Assembly: GCA_964016885.1 (NCBI GenBank)
Contig: OZ024748.1
Location: 19,840,001-19,904,000 of the forward strand
Length of the DNA stretch: 64,000 nt
Source of the DNA: Eledone cirrhosa
Taxonomy: Eukaryota
Reading direction: 5' to 3'
Every line of letters begins with the position of its first letter. The stretch's first letter is position 1. The notes below the pieces were generated by a model that worked only from the letters and a program-made list of their open reading frames with translations, had not been told where the DNA came from and did not search any database. The translations under genes and the position numbers were made by a program. Positions 47,138-62,944 of the stretch are shown piece by piece.

Positions 47138-47200
47138 AGATGCAGACACATTGAATAAACACTACACATGCACAGTATATATGCAGCAGATACATACACA
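45300..47200. repeat. Minisatellite: ~55 bp constant core separated by variable (CA)(TA) tracts, ~15 units
   Basis: CTATAGATGCAGACACATTGAATAAA.ACTAC.CATGCACAGTATATATGCAGCA. Confidence 0.9.
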
Positions 47201-47407
47201 GGAAATGCATATATATAGAACATAAACACATTAAAGGCCCACACACTGCACAAACACACCAGCTGCACATATAGAGAAAAGACAGGGTAGCTGCACCTAT
47301 ATAACATAAACAGATTAAAGACACACATCCTCTTTACAGGTACACACACTCTACATATACAGCACACACACATACATACACACACAAACACACACACACA
47401 CACACGC

Positions 47408-49611
47408 ACTCTTAACAATCACACACACACACACACCCTCTTTGCAATCACACACACACTCTTAACAATCACTCACACGCCCGCTTTCCAATCACACACA
47501 CACACACCCTCATTCCAATCACACACACACACACATCCTCTTAACACTCACATACACACACCCTCTTAACACTCACACACATACACCCTCTTAACACTCA
47601 CACACACACACCCTCTTAACATTCACACACACACCCTCTTAACACTCACACACACACACCCTCTTAACAATCACACACACACATCCTCTTAACACTCACA
47701 CACACACCCCCTCTTAACACTCACACGCACACACCCTCTTACCACTCACACACACACACCCTCTTAACAATTCCACACCCACCTTCTTAACACTCACACA
47801 CACACCCTCTTAACACTCACACACACCCTCTTAACAATCACACACACACCCTCTTAACACTTACACACACACACACCCTCTTACCACTCACACAAACACA
47901 CCCTCTTAACAATCCCACACAGACCCTCTTAACAATCACACTCACACACACCCTCTTAATCACACACACACATACTGTACATATACAGCACTCACACATA
48001 CATACACACATACATACACACATACAAACACTCACAGGACATATTCAACACACACACACATACACTGCACATATTAAAGACACACACACACTCTCTGTAC
48101 AAACAGACACATACACACACATACACGCTGCACGCACGCAACACTCGCACACACACACACACCATCTGTACCAGCACACACACACACCGTCTGTACCAGC
48201 ACACACACACACACCGTCTGTATCAGCACACACACACACCGTCTATACCAGCACACACACACCGTCTGTACCAGCACACACACACACCGTCTATACCAGC
48301 ACACACACACACACACACCGTCTGTACCAGCACACACACACACCGTCTATACCAGCGCACACACACTCACACCGTCTGTACCAGCACACACGCACACACC
48401 GTCTATACCAGCACACACACACACACACCGTCTGTACCAGCATACACACACACACCGTCTATACCAGCACACACACACACACACCGTCTGTACCAGCACA
48501 CAGACACACACCGTCTGTACCAGCACACACACACACACCGTCTATACCAGCACACACACACACACCGTCTGTACCAGCACACACACACTCACACCGTCTG
48601 TACCAGCACACACACACACCGTCTGTACCAGCACACACACACACCGTCTGTACCAGCACACAGACACACACCGTCTGTACCAGCACACACACACGCAATA
48701 CATATACAACACTCACACACAGACAACAACTGCACATGTACTACATAAACACACACATTATCAACACACACACATATGTTATAGACACACACACACACAT
48801 ATAACATTAATTACACATACTGCATATATACAGCACACACACACACACACAGAAATACACATAAACGCCACCAACACACTGTAAATATACAGCACACACA
48901 CACACACGTAAATACAGCATAAACACACACATTAAAGACACACACACGTATATACAGCATAAACACACACATTAAAGACACACACACGTATACAGCATAA
49001 ACATACACATTAAAGACACACACACACACACACACGTATACAGCATAAACACACACATTAAAGACACGTACACTCACACACACACGCTCATATACAGTAT
49101 GTATACAGCATAAACAAACATTAAAGACACATAAAGACACACACACACTCATACACACACGCGCACATAAACAGCATAAACACACACATTAAAGACACGC
49201 ATGCACACTAATAGACACACATGTATATATATACAGCATAAACACACGCATTAAAGACACGTACACTCACACACACACACACGCACACACACTCACTCAC
49301 ACACGCATGCACATATACAGCATAAACACACACATTAAAGACACGCACGCACACTCATAAACACACAGACACACGTGTACATATACAGCATAAACACACA
49401 CATTAAAAACACGTGCACTCACACACACACACATGCACATATACACCATAAACACACACATTAAAGACACACAGACACACACACATGTACATATACAGCA
49501 TAAACACACACATTAAAGACACGCACGCACACTCATACACACACAGACACACGTGTACATATACAGCATAAACACACACATTAAAGACACGCACGCACAC
49601 TCACACGCACA

Positions 49612-49690
<79 letters not shown>
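47408..49690. repeat. Three successive core+(CA)n minisatellites
   Basis: CCCTCTTAACA (47410-47960), CCGTCTGTACCAG (48160-48685), ATACAGCATAAAC..ATTAAAGAC (48880-49600). Confidence 0.9.
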
Positions 49691-49994
49691 AAGTACGTAT
49701 ACATTGCAGAAAGACAACACTGCAGAAATAACTTACAACTCAGCACACACGTAGAGCGCTGCACACCAGCTGAACTCACACTACTGCACACATATGCATA
49801 GCTGCCACGTACACCGTATGCACAAGTTGCGTACATGAGTACTGGATATTGGTGCAGCCAATATATGCAGAATGGTTTAGAATTGAGATCATTAGGATTA
49901 AAGTTAGAAACTTGTGATTATTCTCACCATTTGTATCATTGTTTCTAATGTCACCTACATTGAGGACCTTGTGGCTAATAAAACACAACATTAC

Positions 49995-50676
49995 AGTGTT
50001 GGAATTGGTAGAGCATCCGACGAAATGTTTTGCGGCATTCAGTCATGTCTCTTTACGTTCTAAGTTCGAGCCTGACCGATGTTAACTTTGCGCTCCATCC
50101 TTCTGTGGTCGATAAAATAATAAAGTACCAGTAATGCACTAAGGTCGATTTAATCGTTTTTCTCCTAACCCCCACCCCCCACACACACACACACGCACAC
50201 ACACACCTCCATTTAATTGCTGGCCTTGTCCCTAAATCAGAAACCATTATTATTATTTTGCGGCGGTGGATTGGCAGTATCGGTAGAGGGTCGGACGCCA
50301 TGCTTTCCAGCATAGTTACGTCCCTTTACGATCTGAGTTCAAATCCCGCCGAGGTTGACTTTGCCTTTCATCCTTACGGGGTCGATAAAATAAAGTACCA
50401 GTAATGCACTGGGTAATTGCTGGCCTTGTGCCTAAAGTAGAAACAATTATTATTATTTTGCCTTCCATCCTTACAGGGTCGATAAATTAAAGTACCAGTA
50501 ATGTACTGGCGTCGATTTAATCGACTTTCCCATCCGCCCCTAATTACTGGCCTTGTGCCAAAAGCAGAAACATTATTATTATCCATCCGGGGTCGATAAA
50601 ATAAAGTACCAGTAATACATTGGGTTATTGCTGGCCTTGTGCCAATAGTAGAAACAATTATTATTATTATTATTAT

Positions 50677-50680
<4 letters not shown>
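49995..50680 (+). mobile_element. Tandem cluster of Nin/Deu-like SINE copies (two near-full, two 5'-truncated)
   Basis: GGCGGTGGATTGGCAGTATCGG A-box region, GAGTTCAAATCC, GGTCGATAAAATAAAGTACCAG, (TTA)n. Confidence 0.8.
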
Positions 50681-50708
<28 letters not shown>

Positions 50709-50742
50709 CTAGTACTAGTAGTAGTAGTAGCAGTAGTAGTAC

Positions 50743-50778
<36 letters not shown>

Positions 50779-52117
50779 AAGTAAAATCATTATCACCATC
50801 ATCGTCACCGTCATAATCATCACCATCGTCACTAACATCACCAATATCATCATCATCATCATCATCATGGTCATTACCACCATCACCATCATCAACAACA
50901 ACACCACCACCAACACCACCAACACCACCACCAACAACACCACCAACACCACCACCAACAACAACACCACCACCACCAACAACAACAACAACACCACCAC
51001 CAACACCACCAACAACACTACCACCAACAACAACACCACCACCAACACCAACAACAACAACAACACCACCACCAACACCACCAACACCACCACCAACAAC
51101 AACACCACCAACACCAACAACAACAAAAAACAACAACAACAACACAACTACCACCAACAACAACACCACCACCAACACCAACAATAACAACACCACCAAC
51201 ACCACCACCAACAACACCACCACCAACAACACCACCAACACCACCACCAACAACAACAACACCACCATCACCTCCACCAACACCACCACCACCAACACCA
51301 CCATCAACAACGACAACACCACCACCAACAACAACACCACCACCATCACCTCCACCAACACCACCACCACCAACACCACCACCAACAACGACAACACCAC
51401 CACCAACAACAACAACACCACCACCACCACCAACAACAACACTACCACCAACAACAACATCACCACCAACACCACCAACAACACTACCACCAACAACAAC
51501 ACCACCACCACCACAAACAACAACACCACCACCACCAACACCACCAACACCACCACCAACAACAACACCACCACCATCACCTCCACCAACACCACCACCA
51601 CCACCAACACCACCACCAACAACGACAACACCACCGCCAACAACAACAACAACACCACCACCAACACCACCACCAACAACGACAACACCACCACCACCAA
51701 CAACAACAACACCACCACCAACACCACCAACACCACCACCAACAACAACACCACCACCATCACCTCCACCAACACCACCACCAACACAACCACCAACAAC
51801 GACAACACCACCACCAACAACAACAACAACACCACCACCAACACCACCAACAACAACACTACCACCAACAACAACACCACCACCAACACCACCAACAACA
51901 CTAACACAAACAACAACACCACCACCACCACCACAAAAAACAACACCACCAACACCAACAACAACAAAAAACAACAACAACAACACAACCACCACAAACA
52001 ACAACACCACCACCAACACCAACAACAACAACAACAACAACACCAACACCAACAACAACACCACCACCAACACCAGCAAAAAACAACAACAACACCACCA
52101 GGACCAGCAACACCACC

Positions 52118-52154
<37 letters not shown>

Positions 52155-52832
52155 CCACCACCAACAACAACACCAACACCACCACCATCAACAACAACAA
52201 CAACACCACCACTAACACCACCACCAACACCACCACCACCACCACCACCACTAACACCACCAACACCACCACCAACACCACCACCACCAACACCACCACC
52301 ACCAACACCAACACCACCAACACCACCACCAACACCACCACCACCAACACCAACACCACCACCACCAACACCAACACCACCACCAACAACAACAACACCA
52401 CCACCACCAACACCACCACCACCAACATCAAAAAACAACAACAACACCACCACTAACACCACCACCAACACCACCACCACCAACACCACCACCACCAACA
52501 CCAACACCACCACCACCAACAACAACAACACCACCACCACTAACACCACCACCAACACCACCACCACCACCACCACCACTAACACCACCAACACCACCAC
52601 CAACACCACCACCACCAACACCACCACCACCAACACCAACACCACCAACACCACCACCACCACCAACACCAACACCACCACCACCAACAACAACACCACC
52701 ACCACCAACACCACCACCACCAACAGCATAACCATCATCATTTTCATTATCATCACTATTATTATCATCATTAACATTATTATCATTACTATTTTGCTGC
52801 TGCTGCTGTTGTTGTTGTTGTTGTTGTTGTTG
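50680..52832. repeat. Trinucleotide repeat array (TAG, CAT, CAA/CAC, TTG)
   Basis: Stop-free reading frames arise from triplet periodicity. Confidence 0.9.
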
Positions 52833-52938
52833 TAGTATAGCATGATGAATAAGCAATTTGGGAATCTATCGATATTTGCTCATAAATATTGGGTGGTATT
52901 TAAATTTGTTCGTCTTATGATATATATTCATATATATA

Positions 52939-53062
<124 letters not shown>

Positions 53063-53299
53063 TATATATATATATGTATATATATATATGTATATATAAT
53101 AAGACGAACAAATTGAAATATATACATAATCACATATATATATATATATAAATACATATATATATATATACATATATATACATATATATATAAATATATA
53201 TATAAATATATAAATATATATATATATATATATAATTATATATATATATATATAAATATTTATGCATATATAGATATATACATGCACAAACACACACAT

Positions 53300-53379
<80 letters not shown>

Positions 53380-53483
53380 GTATATATAAATACATATATA
53401 TATATATATATGTATATGTATGTTTATGTATATATGTATATATACATATGTATATATGTTGATACATATACACACACACACAC

Positions 53484-53542
<59 letters not shown>

Positions 53543-53736
53543 TATATACATATATATGTGTATATATATGTATGTGTGTATATGTGAAGAATAAGGAACA
53601 GTAGGTGAGCGAAGAGAGAAGTAGTTTATGTTCAGAAAATACATATATGATTCTCTATGTGTATTATGTATGTAGGTGTATACACACATATTAACGATTA
53701 AACATACATGAAGCACCCACACATTCACTAATATTC

Positions 53737-53871
<135 letters not shown>

Positions 53872-53882
53872 CACACACACAC

Positions 53883-53997
<115 letters not shown>

Positions 53998-54038
53998 CTT
54001 ACTTACTGTGGTTACCTCCGATTCAACCCGGAATAACA

Positions 54039-54069
<31 letters not shown>

Positions 54070-54578
54070 TATGTATGTATGTATGTATGTATGTATGAAT
54101 GTATGTATGTATGTATGTATGTATGCATATATATATATATGTAGCTTCTCGCTACAACAATTTCTATACTTTTCATTTATATATATATACATATATATGT
54201 ATATATATTATATATGTATTATATACATATATATTGTATATATGTTTTATATGTATTATATACATATATATTGTATATATATATATATTATATATATATA
54301 TAAATTATATATATATATATATATAAATTATATATATAATATATACATATATATAAATTGCTCTACGGTTCTTATATATTTGATATATATTTATCCTTAT
54401 CGAGCCCTCTTTGGATTTTAGTCTTCACATTTATTATTATTACTATAAATGATATATATATTATATATATATATATACTATATATATATTATAAATATTG
54501 TATATATATTATATACATATATATATTACATATATTATATATATATTATACACACACACATCTATATATATATATATT

Positions 54579-54730
<152 letters not shown>

Positions 54731-55397
54731 ATAGATATACACGCAAACATTTGTGTGATTCTGATGCAAAATAGTATTGATGAATTTTTACTTGGAACAA
54801 AAGGATTATTAAGAAAATTGAAAAGTGAACAGTTTCTATTCAATGGCAACGTATTCGGTTAATGGAGGAAAGGAATGTATATATCTTCCTGTGTTAATGG
54901 AATGTAGGATTGGTTAAATAAGCTTTCGGCAAGATTTTAAACCATCTACACAAATATATGGAATGTGTATTCGCGATGTTTTTTTTTTTCGTCTTTTAGA
55001 AAATTTGGTGCATTAGAAAATTTGAGCTTATTATTTTTCATATATATTATATATTATATATATTTCATGTCATACTATATTATATCTTATTATATTATAT
55101 TATATTATATTATATCATATTATACTACATTATTTTATATTATAATATAATATATATATATATATATATTAGATATTAGATATATTTCATGTCATACTAT
55201 ATTATATTATATTATATTATATTATATTATATTATATTATATTATATTATATTATATTATATTATATCATATTATACTACATTATATTATATTATAATAT
55301 AATATATATATATTATATATTAGATATATTTCATGTTATACTATATTATATTATATTATACTACATTATATTATATCATTATATAATATATATCCAG

Positions 55398-55586
55398 AGC
55401 GGTGGATTGGCAGTATCGGTAGAGGGTCGGACGCCATGCTTTCCAGCATAGTTACGTCCTTTTACGATATGAGTTCAAATCCCGCCGAGGTTAACTTTGC
55501 CTTTCATCCTTACGGGGTCGATAAAATAAAGTACCAGTAATGAACTGGGTAATTGCTGGCCTTGTGCCTAAAGTAGAAACAATTAT
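55398..55586 (+). mobile_element. Nin/Deu-like SINE, near full length
   Basis: Almost identical to 50261-50447. Confidence 0.85.
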
Positions 55587-56164
55587 ATAATATATATTTA
55601 TATATTGTTCATATTATATAATATTATTATATCATATATATGATAGTTGTAAATATAGTTTATATTATTTTATATTATCTTATTTTGTATTATATCATGT
55701 CATATTACATGCACACAAATACACACACACACACACACCCATATAGCTATATATGTGTGTGTGTGTCTCTGTGTGTGTGTGTGTTTGTGTATTGTATCAG
55801 CAGAATATGCACATGAAATACAATTAAGGAAGACTAGCCGACAATTGCATTTTTACTCGTCGGCTACTTTCCGTCATGAAATTTCGTACATTCAGATTGT
55901 AGAAACACTCTGCTTGTAGGCTTCATGTGAGACAATGTCGCAACAAAGAATGGACAGCAATATTTACAGGTGTCTTTCGTCAAAGACACACACAACCATA
56001 TAGATATTACCACTGAAAATGAATATACAACATATTGTGACTGGATTTAGACCTTGTGAAATGTGCAACAGGTTATCACTGGAAAGATGGAAAATATTTA
56101 GTATTACATCAAAAGGTTTGTGAACCTAACAAAAATGAGTCTGCTGCACATTGAATCTAAAGGA

Positions 56165-57222
56165 TTAGAGAAAGAGGATATTGCAGAAGTATGGGTTCGA
56201 TGGTCAGCTCCTTGCTGAGCTTATGTCTCTATACGAATGCCCAAGTATTTGTGTTCGGATAAATGATGCTAAATCGAAACCATTCAATGTGGGATTCGGA
56301 CTCCACCAAGGATGCGTACTGTCACCTCTCTTGTTATTTATTTACATGAACAGGATTGACATGCACAGTCGTGTTGGAATTGGTTTCATGACTGGCAGGT
56401 TTAAAATCAATCGACTGGAATTTGCAGACAACATGGGGTTACTTAACTCGCCAGAAGCTGATCTCCGACTTGCATTCGATAGGTTTGATGACGAGTATTG
56501 CATGGCTGGAATGAAAATAAGTGCTGCGAAAACTGAGACGCACGTCCTGTCAAGGAAACATGCTCAGTGCACTCTAAATGTAAATGGAGTTCCAGTGAAG
56601 CAGGTAGAGAAGTTCAAGTATCTTAGGACTGTGTTCACGAGTGATGGAAGGCAGGAGGCTGAATTATGTGCAAGAACTGCAGGAGCTGGTGGAGTAATGT
56701 ACCAGCTTCAGCATTTAATAATCAGAAGTGAGGTATGCGTAAAAGCCAAACTTGCTGTCTTCAATTCAGTATTCGTGCCAACTTTTACCGATGGTCATGA
56801 ATCTTGGGTAATGACTGAAAGAACACGATGGTGAATACAAGCTGGCCGAAATAGGGTTCCTCCGAAGGGTCTTTGGAGTAGCATTACTCGATAGAATGCG
56901 TAGATCGGAGAGTCACTCTAGGTAGAACGGCTACTCCTCCGAATTGAGAGATCACAGCTCCGATACTATGGCCATGTAGTTAGAATGTCTCAGGAAAGAA
57001 TCGCTGGGTAGATTTTCCAGGAAAAACCAGCCGGCAGGAGACCCAGGGGTAGACCTCGAGCAAGATGGTTGCATAACATCCATGAGCTTTGCTGGCCTCG
57101 CTTGGGGATCAAGTCGGAGCTGTTGGATACAGTTGCTTGTGACAGGACACACTGAAAGTAGTGTTTGAGGACTCTGCCCCTACGACAATCTCAGGAACAA
57201 TAAGAAAGAGGAAAAAAAGAAG
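56165..57222 (+). mobile_element. 5'-truncated RTE-clade LINE (RT pseudogene and short 3' UTR)
   Basis: GLHQGCVLSPLL, FADN (degenerate FADD), GMKISAAKT, VEKFKYL, GHESW; downstream RYYGHVVRM and RRPRGRP; GAA-rich tail. Confidence 0.85.
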
Positions 57223-57590
57223 ATATTATATTATATTATATTATATTATATTATATTATATCATATTATATTATATAGTATCATCCTTATATTTATTGTA
57301 TTACTTTGTGTCTGTGTAGTTCATGGGTCAAAACTTGTTGAATGTTGATATTACCCCTTCTGGTTGCATGTCATTCTTTGTGACCGTTATAGTTACAACC
57401 TGTCTATTATATGCTAAAAGCTGACTCTAGAATCACGGCTCAACTCTACTACTAATACCTCGGGCCACCACACTCGTGTTACACTATCTTATGTACTATC
57501 TCGCTCCTGGATATGTGTCTTAGTGTAATGATATAACATCTACGAGAAGGAATCGCACGCCTTACTGTTAAGGGATTGTCTTATGTTTTT

Positions 57591-57865
57591 ACCATGTCAT
57601 CTGTTAGTTTTCTTAAACTCAAGAACAGCCATTAGATTATCCCACATGTTTCTACCATGTCGTCTGTTAGTTTACTGAAACTCATGAAGCAGCATTTGAT
57701 TGTCCCACATGGTTCTACCATGTCGTCTGTTAGTTTACTGAAACTCATGAAGCAACATTAGATTGTCTCACATGTTTCAACCATGTCGTCTACTTGTTTA
57801 CTTAAACTCACGAAGAACCACTAGATTGTCCCATGTTGCTACCATATCGTCTGCTAATTTACTCA
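57591..57865. repeat. 63 bp minisatellite, ~4.4 copies
   Basis: ACCATGTC starts at 57591, 57654, 57717, 57780; diverged copy at 57841. Confidence 0.9.
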
Positions 57866-58407
57866 TATTGAAACTTTCCTTGTTTCTAACAACGAAAGCG
57901 AAAGAAGAACTTCTAGTTAATATTGTCCGTCAGAATTTTAGCTGATCCTGCATGAATGTGGCATGATGTAAAGTTTATTTGATTTGTCAATAAATATTGC
58001 ATTTCTTCCTCTGTAAATTTTTTTAAGGACAAATATCTCTGTTATCTTGTTTACATGAATATATTTATTCATTTATTTATGTATTTATATCTTCATTTCT
58101 AATTTTGTATATATATATATATACACTTTCTTGATTTCTGTGTTTGAAATGTCGTAAAAAAAAAAAATTTAGTTTTGGCAAATTAAAATCATGATTTTTT
58201 GTTTTTTTCTTGCTAAACGGAAAGAAAATACCATCAATGAAGGCGTTCTTCTCTCTAAACAGATTACATGCAAACAACCGTTCAGTTTGGCATGTAATCC
58301 GATGGATGAGGTTTATATTTTAAAAAATCGCACGACAGATACAACTGAGGCAAGGAACTACAACAGTAACAATAACAACAACAACATAATAGCAATAGAT
58401 ATTAATA

Positions 58408-59292
58408 ATTGTTTCTACTTTTAGCACAAGGCCAGCAATTACCCCAGTGCATTACTGGTACTTTATTCTATCGACCCCGTAAGGATGAAAAGCAAAGGTA
58501 ACCTCCGCGGGATTTCATCTCAGAATGTAAAGAGTCGGAATAATTATGACTCAGCATTTGTTCGATGCTCTAACGACTCTGTTAATCCACTGTCTGCAAT
58601 AATGGTTTCTTATATAGGCACAAGGCCAGCAATTTTGGGGGGCAGGGAAAGTCGATTAAATCGACCCCAGTGCATTACTGGTACTTTATTTTATCGACCC
58701 CGTATAGATGAAAGGTAAAGTTAACCTCGGCTGAATTTGAACTCAGAACATAAAGGGCCATAACTTTATGCTGCAAAGCATGTTGTCTGACGTTCTCTCG
58801 GTACTGCCAATCCACCGTATTAACAATACGTAGTAGATATTAATAATACTTTCAAACATTGCCATATGGATAGCAATGGCTCACAGTATATTACTGGTAC
58901 GTTGTTATTGATCCCAGAAAGCAAAGTTGAACTCGGCAGGATTTGAACTCAGAAAGTAAAGAGTTGGAATAATTATGCCTAAGCTTGTGTCCGATACTTT
59001 AATGACTCTGTTAATCCACTGTCGACAATAATAAAAAAAATTGTTTCTACTTTTGGCACAAGGCCAGCAGTTACCCAGTACATTACTGGTACTTTATTTT
59101 ATCGACCCCGTAAAGATGAAAGGCAAAGTTAACCTCGACGAGATTTGAAATCAGACCGTAAAGGGACGTAACTATGCTGACGTAACTAGGCGTCCAACCC
59201 TCTACTGCAAATTCATAATAATAATTGTTTCTATTTTAGGCACAAGGCCAGCAATTACCCAGTGCTTTACTGGTACTTTATTTTATCGACCC
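58408..59292 (-). mobile_element. Tandem array of ~5 Nin/Deu-like SINE copies
   Basis: Repeated GCACAAGGCCAGCA..CATTACTGGTACTTTATTTTATCGACCCCG..GATTTGAACTCAG. Confidence 0.8.
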
Positions 59293-59299
59293 TTGCTTC

Positions 59300-60130
59300 A
59301 TTTATTGGTCACCATGGCCGGCATATAGAGGACAATACAAAGACAGGGACGATGGAGGTTTACAATAAAATCGAATAAAAACAAATTAACAAAAACAATT
59401 AGCAATAAAAATATAACAAAATAAATTCCCCTATAGGGATACGAAGCATCCAGAGGCGACTCAGGTACCCCACCAATGGTGAACCACCCGACGCTTCGAG
59501 GGCACCCGGGAAGGGAACCCCTCTACTCCTCAATATAACCAGCCTACAGGCGCATGCTCAGAGTAGGCCAATTCACACAGGCCATTCTCGCCACATTCAT
59601 CCACCTTTTAACAAATGTACTGGGGTGCAGTACTTCCTTTTCCACCATCACTTTTCTTTCCAAATGAAACTTGAAAAAGTTGATGAGGGACTGGCCGAAG
59701 AGAAAAGTGTCTGTCTTCAGTCCTTTGAACCTGGTCCACCACAAAACCTCTTTCGCTACCGTCACCAAACAGAGGAAAGACCCCTTGCATTTTTGAGCTG
59801 ACAGTAGAAGGTTCGCAAGTGAGTTGTTTCACCGCAGACGAAACAGTGCTGTCTTTTGGAATAATTTTAGAGACGGATCTGGTCCGGGATATTTATCAGG
59901 TCCTCAGGACTGATCTGGAGAAGTATTTCCAGGTCAACCTCGGACCAGTTTTCCCTGGCTGTTCTGGTTGCCTCAATCGGGATGGCCTCTGTCTCCTACA
60001 CAATCACGCATCCCAAGAACCACTGCAAGTCTAGTCCTGGTGAAATCCTGGAAATGCGGCCTCTTACAGTTCTTTTTCCCATGAGGGAGGGGTACATGAT
60101 GACCTTGCTGGTTTTGCAAGTGGTCACTGA
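59300..60130 (-). mobile_element. L1/Tx1-like non-LTR element remnant (ORF2 C-terminus and 3' UTR; upstream part uncertain)
   Basis: VAKEVLWWTR...FVKRW C-terminal pattern (59544-59768), AATAAA at the 3' end, second copy at 3672-3969. Confidence 0.55.
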
Positions 60131-60194
60131 GTATTTGACTTAAACAGCACCGAGATAGTACTGTATTGTCTGCACCTCGCTATGTACTCGATGT

Positions 60195-60436
60195 CAGATC
60201 AATCTTCACTATAGACCCGGCTGATAGGCACATCAATTTCCACTATAGACCCGGCTGACAGTCAGATCAATTTCCACTATAGACCCGGCTGACAGTCAGA
60301 TCAATTTCCACTATAGACCCGGCTGATAGTCAGATCAATTTCCACTATAGACCCGGCTGATAACCAGATCAATATCCACTATAAACCCGGCTAATAGCCA
60401 GATCAATCTTTACTACTGACCTTGCTGATAGCCAGA
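60195..60436. repeat. 34 bp minisatellite, ~7 copies
   Basis: CAGATCAATTTCCACTATAGACCCGGCTGA(C/T)AGT head-to-tail. Confidence 0.9.
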
Positions 60437-60524
60437 CCTGTTCTACATCTGGTAGCAGTTGTTCAACGTCTGTGTATCTATCTATCTCAATCACACACAT
60501 ACTATTTCTAAAATAACCAAACAA

Positions 60525-60574
<50 letters not shown>

Positions 60575-60743
60575 AGATTCTACAGGACTAGAACTGTTTC
60601 ATTCTTTATATATATATATATATAATAGAGAGCGAGAGAGAGGTGGATGGATAGATAGAGATATTGGACAGATAGAGAGATAGATAAGGTGGTGCTTACA
60701 TCTACATGCACGCATGTATGTGTGTACGTGTGTGTATAACTGC

Positions 60744-60783
<40 letters not shown>

Positions 60784-60814
60784 TTTGTGTACATATGTAT
60801 ATATATAAATATAT

Positions 60815-60889
<75 letters not shown>

Positions 60890-60934
60890 TAAGTATGTAT
60901 ACGTACATACATATATGTGTACAGACGTACAGTA

Positions 60935-60981
<47 letters not shown>

Positions 60982-61124
60982 CATGCACACATATATATAT
61001 ATGTACGTATGGGTTTACCGAAGATTTACTATAATGTTCGGTTTGTTTGTAAACAAACAGCCCGAATTACGCCGTACATTGTTCGGCAACCATCGTCGCC
61101 TTTTTATTCAACAATGACACAGGA

Positions 61125-61167
61125 ACGATGTACTAGTTTCAAGCTAATTAGCTATCCTCAGCATCGT
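61125..61167 (-). ncRNA. Type I minimal hammerhead, family N copy 2 (element 60885-61270)
   Basis: ACGAUG-CUGAGGA-UAGCU-AAUU-AGCUU-GAAA-CUAG-UA-CAUCGU. Confidence 0.8.
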
Positions 61168-61264
61168 ATACCTTCCTGTCATATATGTATGTACGTATAC
61201 ATACTTATATTTAGGTATCAGCCGTACTAAGAGTGAGAAATGAAATTTCGTTTCATTCTTTGCC

Positions 61265-61308
<44 letters not shown>

Positions 61309-61425
61309 CGTAGTTATATATATATATATATATATAATACATTATATAGTTATATATATATATATATATAATACATTATAAAGAAAGAAGAAACATTAGA
61401 TATAAGTATTTCTTTATATTGTGTG

Positions 61426-61457
<32 letters not shown>

Positions 61458-61752
61458 ATATAAAGAAATACTCATACGAGGTAAGGAAACAAAGAAATAG
61501 TAATAGAAGAATAGATACATACATACATATATACATATATACAAATTAAATTAGTTGTTGATGTCTAATTTCCAATGAAAGAGTCTATAAGTGAGAAATT
61601 AATATAATAAAAAAAATAAAACTATTCCTCTTAACTCTAGCCTCTCTGCAATTACCTGCTTCTCTTAATTATTAAAAAGTCTCTTTAGTTTCACCACCAC
61701 CCCCTCCATCATTGCTCTTCTCACTTATCATCACTCACTCCTTGTGCCCATT

Positions 61753-61842
<90 letters not shown>

Positions 61843-61906
61843 ATCATAAGTTCTACACATGCATACATACATATTCTCATACATATACATAAATACATAC
61901 ACAAAT

Positions 61907-61938
<32 letters not shown>

Positions 61939-62007
61939 TTATATGTATGTCTGTACGGATGCTTGTGTGTGCTTGGTATATAAATACATATATATATATA
62001 TATATAT

Positions 62008-62047
<40 letters not shown>

Positions 62048-62248
62048 ATATCTATATATAATTATACTTACTTATCAATCAAAACCGCCTTCCAAACCGC
62101 ACTAAAAAATATTACCATAAACCCACCTGCCAATACTATTCAGGTATAATCGAAGAAAAGCACTCACTAACACACACATACACACACATACATAGATATA
62201 CATTCATACATACACAGACACACATATGTATATATATATATATGTATA

Positions 62249-62336
<88 letters not shown>

Positions 62337-62411
62337 AATAAATGGAAATTATCTTTATAAAATCTTATTTATTTTATTATATATATATATATATATCTAT
62401 ATAAATATATA

Positions 62412-62454
<43 letters not shown>

Positions 62455-62526
62455 TCACGTCGAAATTACTAGAATAGGATATTGTTATACTTTGAGTGGG
62501 TCATGCTGCCAACATATATATATATA

Positions 62527-62625
<99 letters not shown>

Positions 62626-62626
62626 T

Positions 62627-62719
<93 letters not shown>

Positions 62720-62805
62720 TTACACACACATATATATATATACACATATTTATATATTTATATATACACACACATTTATATATATATATATTGATATAAT
62801 ATATA

Positions 62806-62925
62806 TTGGCAGTATCGGTAGAGGGTCGGACGCCATGCTTTCCAGCATAGTTACGTCCCTTTACGATCTGAGTTCAAATCCCGCCGAGGTTGACTTTGCC
62901 TTTCATCCTTACGGGGTCGATAAAA
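62806..62925 (+). mobile_element. Nin/Deu-like SINE fragment
   Basis: TTGGCAGTATCGGTAGAGGG...GGTCGATAAAA. Confidence 0.8.
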
Positions 62926-62944
62926 CAATTATGTACATATATAT

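Noticed and set aside
45300-47200. CRISPR-like look of a constant core with variable spacers
   Set aside because: Spacers are just (CA)(TA) tracts of varying length; eukaryotic context; no cas genes
50374-52856. 754 aa and other long Val/Gly/Thr/Asn ORFs
   Set aside because: Products of (CAA/CAC)n triplet repeats; no domain or splice evidence
57591-57865. 63 bp repeat as a 21-aa coding repeat
   Set aside because: The first unit has stops in all three minus-strand frames, and no plus-strand ORF in the track spans the array
60195-60436. 34 bp repeat as a CRISPR array
   Set aside because: Head-to-tail with no spacers
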